From contig CACZFH010000003.1 in assembly GCA_902780395.1 (NCBI GenBank), positions 2,333-66,332 on the forward strand: a stretch of DNA of 64,000 nt, written 5' to 3'. Of the stretch, positions 33,387 to 43,200 are shown one piece after another. A model generated the notes under the pieces. It was given only the letters and a program-made list of their open reading frames with translations, did no database searches and was not told where the DNA came from. This DNA comes from an uncultured Erysipelotrichaceae bacterium. Lineage in GTDB: Bacteria; Bacillota_I; Bacilli_A; RF39; UBA660. Numbering within the stretch: the first letter of the stretch is position 1; each line of letters begins with the position of its first letter. Both the position numbers and the translations under genes were made by a program.

Positions 33387-33786
33387 AAGAAAAATCAAAA
33401 GAAAATTAAAAATTGATAATAAAAGATTAATCAATAGCTTCAAGTATGCATCTGAAGGAATTAAACAATCTTATAAAGGAGAACAAAACTTAAAGATTCA
33501 CACTTTTATTGCTATCTTAGTAATTGTCTTCGGCTTTTTCCTTAAAATAAGTTACTTTGAATGGCTAGTATGTTTAATCTTAATTGGTTTAGTACTAATG
33601 ACAGAATTTTTTAATACTGCTATTGAATATGTTGTGGACTTAGCTTCACCAAGAATTCATCCACTAGCAAAAGCTACTAAAGATACAGCCAGTGCAGGAG
33701 TCTTAATAATGGCTATTATTTCAGCTATTATTGGCTTATTAATATTTGTTCCAAAACTAATAGATTTTATAGGAGGTATTCAATGA
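33364..33786 (+). CDS. dgkA: Diacylglycerol/undecaprenol kinase (DgkA family)
   Basis: 140 aa, three TM helices, motifs EQN.KIH, EFFNTAIE.VVD and KD.ASAGVL. Confidence 0.85.
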   Translation: MKSEEKIRRKIKRKLKIDNKRLINSFKYASEGIKQSYKGEQNLKIHTFIAILVIVFGFFLKISYFEWLVCLILIGLVLMTEFFNTAIEYVVDLASPRIHPLAKATKDTASAGVLIMAIISAIIGLLIFVPKLIDFIGGIQ

Positions 33787-34172
33787 TAGAAAAATTAATG
33801 AAATTAGCAGAAAAATCATACAGCCCATATTCTCATTTTAGAGTCGCAACTATTGTAGTTATGAAAGATGGACAAGAATTTGTAGGTGTTAATGTTGAAA
33901 ATTCCGCTTATGGTTCTAGTATTTGTTCTGAAAGAAGTGCCATTCTTTCTGCCATTAGTAATGGATATACTAAAGGAGATTTTAAAGAATTACATTGTTT
34001 ATGTGCCGATAGCAATAGAATAAGTACTAGTTGTTTTGCTTGCAGACAAGTAATCTCAGAATTATTTGATAAAGATATACCACTATATTTTTATAGTAAT
34101 ACTGGTGAATACAAAATGTATACCGTTTCAGAATTATGCCCATATCCATTTGAAGAGGATGATTTAAAATGA
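33783..34172 (+). CDS. cdd: Cytidine deaminase
   Basis: 129 aa. SPYS.F.V..., zinc ligands C(S)ERSA and C..CRQV. Confidence 0.85.
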   Translation: MIEKLMKLAEKSYSPYSHFRVATIVVMKDGQEFVGVNVENSAYGSSICSERSAILSAISNGYTKGDFKELHCLCADSNRISTSCFACRQVISELFDKDIPLYFYSNTGEYKMYTVSELCPYPFEEDDLK

Positions 34173-35059
34173 AATGTGGATTTGTTAGTTTAGTAGGAAG
34201 ACCCAATGTTGGAAAAAGTAGTTTACTAAATACTATATTAGGTATGAAATTAGCCATTACTTCAGATGTAAGTGGAACAACCAGAAATGTCATTCAAGGA
34301 ATCTATAATGATGAAGAATCACAAATCATATTTGTAGATACGCCAGGTATTCATAAACCAAGTAATAAGTTAGGTAATTTAATGAACAAAAAAGCCTATA
34401 ATAATACCGAAGGAGTAGATGTAATCTTATTTTTAGTAGATATATCAAAAGGGTTTGGAAAAGGAGATCAATTTATCCTAGATAAAATAAAAGATAAAGA
34501 TATTCCTATCTTTCTATTATTAAATAAAATAGATTTAGTAAAAGATAAAACAAAGCTATTAGAAGAAATTGCTAAAATAAAAGAATTGCATGATTTCAAA
34601 GAAATAATCCCAATCTCTGCTAAAAAAAATGATAATATAGAGTTATTATTAGAATGCCTAAAAAAGGAATTAGCAGAAAGTGAAAGAATCTTCTCTGAAG
34701 AAGATTTAACAAATGTAACTACTAGATTTATTATGGCTGAGTTTGTTAGAGAAAAAGTCTTAGAATTAACTCATGATGAAATACCACATACAGTAACTTG
34801 CTATGTAGAAAATTATGAAGAGAATGAAAAAGTAGTTCACATTCAAGTATTAATTGTAGTAGATAGAGACAACATCAAGAAAATAATTATTGGTAAACAA
34901 GGTTCTATGTTAAAAGAAATAGGAACAAGAGCTAGAAAAGATATGGAAGCTTTCTTAGGTAAAAAAGTATTCTTAGAGACTTATGTAAAAGCATTAAAGA
35001 ATTGGCGTGATGAAGAAAAATACTTCTTAGAATTAGGTTTAAAAGAAGATGATGAATAA
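34169..35059 (+). CDS. era: GTPase Era
   Basis: G1 GRPNVGKSSLLN, G3 DTPG, G4 NKIDL and a C-terminal KH domain (IIIGKQGSMLKEIG). Confidence 0.95.
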   Translation: MKCGFVSLVGRPNVGKSSLLNTILGMKLAITSDVSGTTRNVIQGIYNDEESQIIFVDTPGIHKPSNKLGNLMNKKAYNNTEGVDVILFLVDISKGFGKGDQFILDKIKDKDIPIFLLLNKIDLVKDKTKLLEEIAKIKELHDFKEIIPISAKKNDNIELLLECLKKELAESERIFSEEDLTNVTTRFIMAEFVREKVLELTHDEIPHTVTCYVENYEENEKVVHIQVLIVVDRDNIKKIIIGKQGSMLKEIGTRARKDMEAFLGKKVFLETYVKALKNWRDEEKYFLELGLKEDDE

Positions 35060-35102
35060 AAAGAAATAAAAATCACCACTATATAGATAGAGGTGATTTT
35101 AT

Positions 35103-35195
35103 ATGAATATAGATGTATTATGGAAACTCTTTGTAAAAACAGGAGATATAAAATATTATAATCTATGGAAAAAAGCTCAATCCAAAAACAAATAA
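35103..35195 (+). CDS. yqzL: YqzL-family small protein (30 aa)
   Basis: Not in the ORF track. MNIDVLWKLFVKTGDIKYYNLWKK matches the W K.F..TG.I..YL.yK pattern of YqzL, which sits between era and recO in Bacillus. GAGGTGA SD. Confidence 0.6.
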   Translation: MNIDVLWKLFVKTGDIKYYNLWKKAQSKNK

Positions 35196-35207
35196 TAAAG
35201 AAGTGAT

Positions 35208-35957
35208 ATGATGAAAATTGAAAGTATAGATGGGCTTATTATAAGTGAGACCAATTATAGTGAATCAAGCAAAATATTAAATGTATTAACAAAAGAACAT
35301 GGATTAATAGGAATTATGTCAAAAGGATGTCGCAATATCAAAAGTAAATTGCGTGGTGTCAGTAGAAAATTAATTTATGGTACTTTTCATATTTATTATA
35401 AAGAAAATGGCTTATCAACATTAATTGGAGTAGACATAAAAAACTCATTCTCTAAAATGATGATGGATTTAGAAAAAATATCATATGCTTCTCTAATACT
35501 AGATTTAGCTTATCAAGTTGCTAAACAGAATGACTCTGATGAATTGTTTGATTTAGTAGTGGATACTTTAGTAAAAGTAGAAGAAGGGTTAAATCCTATG
35601 GCCCTTACTAATATCCTAGAAATAAAACTACTTGACTACCTAGGAGTATCTCCTAGTATCGATAGTTGTGCACACTGTGGCAGCGATAAACAAATTGTTA
35701 CTATCTCCAGTGAGGCCGGTGGCTATATTTGTAAGAATTGCTATCAAAATGAACCATTAGTGGGAGAAAAAACTATTAAAATGATTCGTCTTTATTACTA
35801 TGTAGATATTAAAAATATTACCAAATTAGAAGTAAAAAAAGAAATATCAGATGAAATAAATTATTTCCTAGAAGACTACTATGATCGTTTTACTGGTCTA
35901 TATCTTAAGAGTAAAGATTTTCTAAAAAAGATTCGTCAAATTAATCCTAATGAATAA
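35208..35957 (+). CDS. recO: DNA repair protein RecO
   Basis: 249 aa with an OB-fold N-terminus and a zinc finger CAHCGS...CKNC. Conserved era-recO order. Confidence 0.85.
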   Translation: MMKIESIDGLIISETNYSESSKILNVLTKEHGLIGIMSKGCRNIKSKLRGVSRKLIYGTFHIYYKENGLSTLIGVDIKNSFSKMMMDLEKISYASLILDLAYQVAKQNDSDELFDLVVDTLVKVEEGLNPMALTNILEIKLLDYLGVSPSIDSCAHCGSDKQIVTISSEAGGYICKNCYQNEPLVGEKTIKMIRLYYYVDIKNITKLEVKKEISDEINYFLEDYYDRFTGLYLKSKDFLKKIRQINPNE

Positions 35958-36005
35958 AATCTTTTCTTTTTTAGAAAAATAATATATAATGATTTTGGTG
36001 ATAAT

Positions 36006-36320
36006 ATGAATTTTATAGAATATATTGTAATAGCACTAGTACTATTGGTTATCCTTTTAGCTATTTTAAAAGCCACAAAAAAAGATGCAGAACTTGATTT
36101 TAATAAATTAGTAGAATTACTAGGTGGAAAAGATAATATTATTTCAACAGAAACTAATATGTCTCGTTTTAAAGTAACTTTAAAAGATATATCAAAAGCT
36201 AATAAAGAAGGAATTCAAAAATTAGGTGCAAAAGGTATTGTGGAAATAGATAATCAATTAAAAATAATACTAGGATCAGAATCTAAACAATTAAAAAAAT
36301 ATATTGATGAAATCAAATGA
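36006..36320 (+). CDS. Membrane-anchored PTS EIIB-like domain protein lacking the phospho-cysteine
   Basis: N-terminal TM. LVELLGGKDNIISTETNMSRFKVTLKD parallels the EIIB(Glc) motif GG..NI......C.TRLR..v.D, with Cys replaced by Met. Confidence 0.45.
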   Translation: MNFIEYIVIALVLLVILLAILKATKKDAELDFNKLVELLGGKDNIISTETNMSRFKVTLKDISKANKEGIQKLGAKGIVEIDNQLKIILGSESKQLKKYIDEIK

Positions 36321-36395
36321 CGTAAGTCATTTTTTTAATTACAAAAATCGACAAATATTGACAATATGATTTGTTAGAATAGTTTTGGTGATTTT

Positions 36396-37076
36396 ATGAT
36401 AACAGAAAAAACAGAAGTAACCTTTCATCAATTATCTCATGAACTAAAAAACCCTTTAACAGTTTGTAAAGGATATTTAGAGATGATTCCTAGCAGTGAA
36501 GAACATCAAAAAGAAAAATATTATGACATTATAAAAGAAGAAATAAATCGAAGCTTAGGTATCTTAAATTCTTACAGTAAACATCCCTTCTTAGAATTAG
36601 ATATTATTAATATAAAAGAACTAATACAAGAAACAGTAGATTTATTGAATCCTCTATATAAGAATAATAATAGTAAAATTATTTTAAGAAATATATATAA
36701 TCATTTCTTAATAGGAGACTATCAAAAATTAAAACAAGTTCTTATAAACATACTAAAAAATGCTTATGAAGCAAGATGTCAAGAAGAACTAATAGTAGTA
36801 ATAGAATTAGAAAGTGATGATTTATCTAATAGAATAATTATAACTGATAATGGTTGTGGTATGCAGCAAAATATCCTAAAGAACATAAAAAAAGAGTATT
36901 ATACTACCAAAAAAGAAGGAAATGGGTTAGGTATACCATATTGTCAAAAGATTATAGAACTTCATAAAGGAAGACTAGATTATTATTCTAAAAAGAAATT
37001 AGGAACTAAAATAGTAATTACTCTTCCTAAAGAAAAAAGTCCTAAGACTTTTAATAATAGTAGTTGTTATTGCTAG
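36396..37076 (+). CDS. Soluble sensor-less histidine kinase (HisKA + HATPase_c only), orphan
   Basis: H-box FHQLSHELKNPLT begins at aa 10. N-box INILKNAYEA, G1 DNGCGM, G2 GNGLGI. No TM, no sensor domain and no adjacent response regulator. Confidence 0.75.
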   Translation: MITEKTEVTFHQLSHELKNPLTVCKGYLEMIPSSEEHQKEKYYDIIKEEINRSLGILNSYSKHPFLELDIINIKELIQETVDLLNPLYKNNNSKIILRNIYNHFLIGDYQKLKQVLINILKNAYEARCQEELIVVIELESDDLSNRIIITDNGCGMQQNILKNIKKEYYTTKKEGNGLGIPYCQKIIELHKGRLDYYSKKKLGTKIVITLPKEKSPKTFNNSSCYC

Positions 37077-37284
37077 AAATAGTAGAATATGGTGGATAAT
37101 AGTAGACGGGAGTCATAGGATAAGGGTAATAATAAGGCTGTTGATTCATTTGCTGATTATTAGCAATTCCATATCCTAAAGCAGTACCGGCTAAACCTCC
37201 TACAACAAAAGGTGCCCAAAAAAATCTTTCTTCATCAGGATAATAATTAGAACTATTTTTTGTCATTGGATAATTAGAATACAT
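37051..37284 (-). CDS. 77-aa Tyr/Pro/Asn-rich protein with a central glycine-zipper helix (spore-coat-like composition)
   Basis: AAGGAGG SD before ATG (complement of 37282-37284). The track extension to 37530 is antisense to rluB and has no SD. Sequence FFWAPFVVGGLAGTALGYGIA is flanked by YYYPYP / YYYPPY repeats. Confidence 0.5.
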   Translation of the reverse strand: MYSNYPMTKNSSNYYPDEERFFWAPFVVGGLAGTALGYGIANNQQMNQQPYYYPYPMTPVYYYPPYSTISSNNNYYY

Positions 37285-37387
37285 AATAAACCTCCTTAAT
37301 ATAATGTATGAATAAAAAGAAAAATCGTTATTCACTAGCCAAAGAAAAAAAACTATGATACAATGAGCTTCGAGTAAGAGGTGACTT

Positions 37388-38110
37388 ATGGAACGATTAC
37401 AGAAAGTTATAGCACAAGCAGGAATAGCATCTAGAAGAAAAGCAGAAGAACTAATAAAAGAAGGAAAAGTAAAAGTAAATGGAGAAATAGTAACAGAATT
37501 AGGCACAAAAGTATCTCCCAAAGATATCATTGAAGTAAATCAAAAAGTTATTACCAAAGAAACGAAAGAATACTATTTATTAAATAAACCAAGGGGAGTT
37601 ATTACTTCTACAACAGATGATAAAGATCGAAAAACAGTTGTAGACTTAATCAATACGAAAGCTAGAATATTCCCAGTAGGAAGATTAGATTATGATACAA
37701 CTGGCTTAATTTTATTAACAAATGATGGAGAATTTGCTAATATAATGATGCATCCTAAAAATAGAATAGATAAAGTCTATATTGCCAAACTACAAGGTAT
37801 CATCAAGGGAGAGCAAATAAACCAATTAAAAAATGGAATTATTTTAGACAATCAGAAAGTAACAGCTTCTCGAGTAAAATTAAAGAAAAGTAATTATGAA
37901 ACAAATACATCAATAGTTGAAATAACAATACATGAAGGGAAAAATCATCAAATAAAAAGAATGTTTGAGTGTGTTGGTTTCCCAGTCTTAAAATTAAAAA
38001 GAGAAAGAGAAGGCATTTTTGGATTAGAAAATCTTAAATCTGGAGAATATCGAAGTCTTACAACCAAAGAAATACAAATTGTATATAGCCAACAAAAAAA
38101 GAACAAATAA
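37388..38110 (+). CDS. rluB: 23S rRNA pseudouridine synthase, RsuA/RluB family
   Basis: S4 domain (RLQKVIAQAGIASRRKAEELI) and catalytic motif GRLDYDTTGLILLTNDG. Confidence 0.85.
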   Translation: MERLQKVIAQAGIASRRKAEELIKEGKVKVNGEIVTELGTKVSPKDIIEVNQKVITKETKEYYLLNKPRGVITSTTDDKDRKTVVDLINTKARIFPVGRLDYDTTGLILLTNDGEFANIMMHPKNRIDKVYIAKLQGIIKGEQINQLKNGIILDNQKVTASRVKLKKSNYETNTSIVEITIHEGKNHQIKRMFECVGFPVLKLKREREGIFGLENLKSGEYRSLTTKEIQIVYSQQKKNK

Positions 38111-38120
38111 TGTTCTTTTT

Positions 38121-38315
38121 TTATTCTTCAGTAATAGCTCCTGTTGGGCATCCTGCTATAGCATCCAAAGCAGCTTGCTTTTTATCTTCTGGAACCTCTT
38201 CAACTTTTGCTTTAGATAAACCATCATCAGTCATTTCAAATAAGTCTTCTGCTGAATTGTAGCATGCTCCACAACCAATACATGCATCAGTATTTACTAT
38301 AATCTTCATAAACAC
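38121..38315 (-). CDS. fer: Small ferredoxin (single [4Fe-4S]/[3Fe-4S] cluster type)
   Basis: 64 aa with C.GCGAC ... GCP cluster ligands. Shares a bidirectional terminator with rluB (38095-38125). Confidence 0.8.
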   Translation of the reverse strand: MFMKIIVNTDACIGCGACYNSAEDLFEMTDDGLSKAKVEEVPEDKKQAALDAIAGCPTGAITEE

Positions 38316-38457
38316 CTTCCTTTCAATAGTATTATATCGAAAAAAAAACTATAGGTAAAGTAAAAAAATAAAGGAAAAAGCTTTGACGTCAAGCCTCATT
38401 TAATTCCTTTTGTTTTTGTACAGAGTATGCTACACTAATAATAAGAAGGTGAGTCCC

Positions 38458-39330
38458 ATGAGACGAATGGATCGTTATAAAGATGAAACGGAACCTCAAA
38501 GTAGAACAGATTTAAATCAAGAATTATATCAAAATGTATCTAACAATGTAGTTTATACCAATATTACTGATGTAACAAATGCCAATGCATTTGAAATACA
38601 AAATAAACCGTCAACTCGTACGACTAGAGAAGCCTATCAACAAATGCAAAAATATCAAAATGTAGAACCAATTCCTAGAAGTAGAAAAGAATTAGATGAT
38701 ATAAATTATCTATACCAAAAAAGAGAAAATAAAATCTATGATATTAATAGTGTATTAGAAGAAGCTCATCGTAATCGCCAAGAAAAAGATGAAAAAGAAG
38801 AAAAACGAAGATTAAAGAACAACGAATATAATATATTAACAGGTATTAATAAAGAAGAATTAGAAAAATATCGAGAAGAAAAAAAGAAACGATTAACAAC
38901 TCCTGAAGAGGAAGAAATAAGAGAATTAATTGACACAATTGCCTCTAAAACACTAGCCGGAGAAATTGATAAAGCCACTTCTGTTAATTTATTAAGTGAT
39001 CTAATGGCAACAAATGTTTTGGATAGAGTAGAAGGAAACAAACCAGAAGAAAAAGAAAGTACCGAAGAAATAGATGAAAAATTATCATTATCCAAGAAAA
39101 TATTTGAAACTTCTGAAATAGAAAAGAAAGAAGAAACAAAAGAAAATACCAAAACAGAAAAAGATCCAGATTTCTATACTAGAAGTATGGATTTATCAGA
39201 TAAAGATTTTAATATTTCAGATGAATTTAAAGAAAATTCTTTACCTTTACCAGTAAAAATATTAATATTTTTACTAATTGTAGGTTTAGTATTACTAGTT
39301 CTTTATTTTATTAAAATTAGAATTGTTTAA
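38458..39330 (+). CDS. 290-aa tail-anchored protein (charged coiled-coil cytoplasmic region, C-terminal TM), function unknown
   Basis: AAGGTGAG SD favours ATG 38458. C-terminal hydrophobic helix LPVKILIFLLIVGLVLLVLYFI. Confidence 0.4.
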   Translation: MRRMDRYKDETEPQSRTDLNQELYQNVSNNVVYTNITDVTNANAFEIQNKPSTRTTREAYQQMQKYQNVEPIPRSRKELDDINYLYQKRENKIYDINSVLEEAHRNRQEKDEKEEKRRLKNNEYNILTGINKEELEKYREEKKKRLTTPEEEEIRELIDTIASKTLAGEIDKATSVNLLSDLMATNVLDRVEGNKPEEKESTEEIDEKLSLSKKIFETSEIEKKEETKENTKTEKDPDFYTRSMDLSDKDFNISDEFKENSLPLPVKILIFLLIVGLVLLVLYFIKIRIV

Positions 39331-39366
39331 AACGAAAAGTTGCTATTCAACTTTTCGTTATTTTTT
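39331..39366 (+). terminator. Rho-independent terminator
   Basis: 12-bp stem AACGAAAAGTTG / CAACTTTTCGTT followed by a T-run. Confidence 0.8.
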
Positions 39367-39394
39367 GATATGATAGTACTATGGTGGTGGAAGA

Positions 39395-40213
39395 ATGAAC
39401 ACAAACTTCATAGTAAATGATTATGCACTAATATGGAATCTTCTATTTGGAGCTTCTATATCAGAGACAATATATAAATTAAAACAAAAGATTTGGGATA
39501 ATTATCGTAATGAATATAATGCTATTTTTAAGGATAAAGAACTAATCATGAAAGATTATAAAAACTTTATTCCTAACAATGATATTATTTATAATATCGT
39601 TATGGAAAATAGAGATTATGAAAAATTAAGAAAACAAGCCGAGAAATATCGTTTAGAAATAATGAAATTATGGGATAAAAACAAAAAAGAAACAGATTAC
39701 TTAATCAAAGATATATTAAGAAAAGAAAGAGAAGATTACACTATCTTTGTTGTTAACAAAGAGCTAAATATCATTGATTGTCCGAATGAAAAAACTTGTG
39801 TAGTTGGAATGGATATTGATAAAAAAGAACCATTAAAAATTCTATTAGACATGAATTTAGCAATGGCTAAATACCATACCAAAAGATATAAAGATGAGTA
39901 TGAATGCTTTAAAAAAGCTATTTTAGAATTAGCTGTGTTAAATGAATATGCAACTAGGCTATCAGGCAGAAGCTGTTACCAAAGTGGAAGCCCATCTTTA
40001 TTATCTTTGAAAAGGTGGTTATACCCATATTGGCTAATGTACTTAGGAGTAGAAAAAGAAGAGTTCTTCTCTTATATGATGCGCGATAAAATTGTTTTCG
40101 AAGTAGATAAATATGCCTATGAAAAAGAATTAAAGAAAATGAATATTGAAGAATTCATTGACTTTTGTATTAGAAATAAACGATATATAGTTAGAGAAAA
40201 AGAAGTAAAGTAA
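39395..40213 (+). CDS. Hypothetical 272-aa protein
   Basis: ORF with a GGTGGTGG SD-like element. No recognisable motif. Confidence 0.35.
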   Translation: MNTNFIVNDYALIWNLLFGASISETIYKLKQKIWDNYRNEYNAIFKDKELIMKDYKNFIPNNDIIYNIVMENRDYEKLRKQAEKYRLEIMKLWDKNKKETDYLIKDILRKEREDYTIFVVNKELNIIDCPNEKTCVVGMDIDKKEPLKILLDMNLAMAKYHTKRYKDEYECFKKAILELAVLNEYATRLSGRSCYQSGSPSLLSLKRWLYPYWLMYLGVEKEEFFSYMMRDKIVFEVDKYAYEKELKKMNIEEFIDFCIRNKRYIVREKEVK

Positions 40214-40231
40214 CAAGAAAGCAGGGGAAGT

Positions 40232-43200
40232 ATGGATGATAAGATAAAAATTTTACTAGATAAAATCAATATGGATGAAACTTCTTATCCATATTTTTCT
40301 GATGCCAAAATAACAAAAATAAAAATCAATAGTAAAAAGGATAGTTGGCAAATATTCATAGATAAAGAGGAATTATTACCAACTAATATTTATGAAGAAC
40401 TAGAAAAAAAGAAAAATCAATTAGATGAAAAAGCTAGTAGTATAGAAATAATCATGACTATAAAAAAACAAAATCTAGAAACATACTTAGATTATTACAA
40501 AATTCTCTTAAAACAAATCAAAAAGAAACTAAGAGTACTTGAAATCTATGAAAATTGTTTAAAAATAGAAGATGATTTTTTAATACTAATAGTATCTAAT
40601 GAAGCCGAAAAAGAAAAATTAGAAAATTGCCGAAAAGAAATTGATAATTTCTACAAAAAGATTGGCTATCCATTTAATATTGAAATAGTAGTAAGACATG
40701 AAGAAGATGTTTTAAAAGAAATTCAAAAAGAATTAGAAAGTGTTGAAATAAAAGTACCAGAAAAAGAACCACCTAAAGCTCAAACTGAAAAAAAAGTAAG
40801 AAGAGAAGGAAAAAATCCTAATAGTTTAATAGGAAGAGATATCAAAGAAGAACCCATAAAAATAAAGTCACTACTAGGTGAAGATAATAATGTAACAGTA
40901 GAAGCCAAAGTCTTTGGAATTGAATTATTTGAATCTAGTAAAACAGATTTTAAAATAATTACTCTAAAAATAACTGATGAATCAGATAGTATTTATTGCA
41001 AAATCTTTGTAAGAGAAGATGACGAATATAAACGATTAAGTAAAGAAATAAAAGAAGGAAATTGGTATAAAATAAGAGGTTATACCAAAAATGATGCTTT
41101 TGCTAAAGAATTAGTATTAAATGCTAGAGATATAATTGCGCTAGATAAAAAAGAAGAAAAAAGAAAAGATGAAGCAGAAGTAAAAAGAATAGAACTTCAT
41201 TGTCATAGTAAAATGAGTCAAATGGATGGAGTAATTGATGAAACCGATATTATCAAACAAGCTATGGACTTTGGAATGAAAGCCGTTGCTATAACGGATC
41301 ATAATGGAGTACAAGGGTTCCCACATGTATTTAATATGGTAACATCCCATAATAAAAAATTAGGTGAAAATGAAGAACCATTTAAAGCTATATATGGAGC
41401 CGAATTAACAATGATAGATGATTCTGTAAATATAGTAATACGTCCAAATGATTCCATAATGTTAGACCAAACTTTTGTCGTATTTGACTTTGAAACAACC
41501 GGTTTTAATGCTGGTGGAGTAGATTCCATTATTGAAATAGGTGCAGTTAAAATAAAAAATGGAGAAATAATTGAAAAGTATGATGAATTAATCAATCCTG
41601 GTAGAAAACTACCAGAAAAAATTACAGAAATCACTAATATTACTGATGAAATGCTAGAAGGAAAAGCTAATGAAGAAACTGCTGTCAAAAGATTTATCGA
41701 ATGGTTTGGTGATTGTCCAATGGTTGCTCATAATGCCAAATTCGATACTTCATTCCTTGAAATGGCCTATAAAAAATATAACTTAGGAGTTTTTACTAAT
41801 CCAGTCATAGATACATTAGAATTATCAAGAACCCTTGATAATACCTATGCTAGGCATAGTTTGAGTGCCTTAGTAAAAAGATATGAAGTACCATGGGATG
41901 AAACAGCCCATCATAGAGGAGATTATGATGCCGAAGGAACAGCTCTAGTATTTCATAAAATGTTAAAAAAACTATCCAATCGTAATATCGAGAAAATGTC
42001 TGAATTAGATAAATTAGTAAGTAGAGAAGAAATCCATAAATATGGACGTGCTCATCACATCAATTTATTAGTAAAAAACAAACAAGGATTAAAAAACTTA
42101 TTTAAACTAGTATCACTTGCTAATACAACATATTTATATAAAACACCAAGAATTCCACGAAGTGTAGTAGAAGAACATAGAGAGGGATTGCTAATTGGTA
42201 GTGGTTGTTATGAAAGTGAAGTCTTTAATGAAGCAAAATCAAAAAGTGATGATGAATTATCTAATATTATTAGATTTTATGATTATGTCGAAGTTCAACC
42301 AATAGAGTGCTATGATCATTTAATTCAAACAGGAGACTTTGGAACAAAAGTAGAAGTAGCAGCCAATATTGAAAAAATCGTAAGAGTGACAGAAGAGGCT
42401 GGAAAAATAATTGTTGCCACTGGCGATGTTCATCACCTAAAAAGAGAAGATAAGATTTATCGAGAGATAATTGTTAATCAAAAAGTACCTGGTGGTGGAA
42501 GACATCCGCTAGCTCGAGGCGGTATTAGAGAGATTCCATCTAATCATTTTCGTACTACCAACGAAATGTTAGAATGTTTTGATTTCTTAGGAGGCGACAA
42601 AGCCTATGAGATAGTTGTGGAAAATACCAATAAAATAGCTGATATGTGTGAAATAGTTGAAGTAATTCCTGACACAGGAGGAATCCCATTCTCACCAAGA
42701 GTCAAAGCAGATGATGGAAATAGTTACCTAGATTGTCCTGTTGTAGTAACCGATTTAGTTTACACCAAAGCTGCTGATTGGTATGGAGATCCTCTTCCAT
42801 ATTCTATTGAAGAAAGAATTGCTACAGAATTATATGGAGATATTGTTTATCGAATTATTACCGAATCTTTACAAGAAAAAGGATTATCTGAAGAAGAATT
42901 TCAAAAAGAATCTCATAAACAACTACATGATTTATTACTACAAGGTAAAGATAAAGTAGTAGAGTTTGTTGGAGAATATGTAAAAAGAACAAGCGAAGAA
43001 GACTTGGATGAAAAAGGACTAGAAAAAGCTACCAAAAAAGCTTTAGGAGGAGTAATTGGTGGAGGATTCGATCCAATTTACTTAATTGCCCAAAGATTAG
43101 TTAAGCACTCCAATGATGAAGGATATCTAGTAGGATCCAGAGGTTCTGTTGGCTCAAGTTTCGTAGCTACGATGATGGGAATCACTGAAGTTAACCCCCT

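Noticed and set aside
37285-37530. N-terminal extension of the reverse-strand ORF 37051-37530
   Set aside because: The extension is antisense to the rluB start region. A strong AAGGAGG SD sits directly before the internal ATG at 37284.
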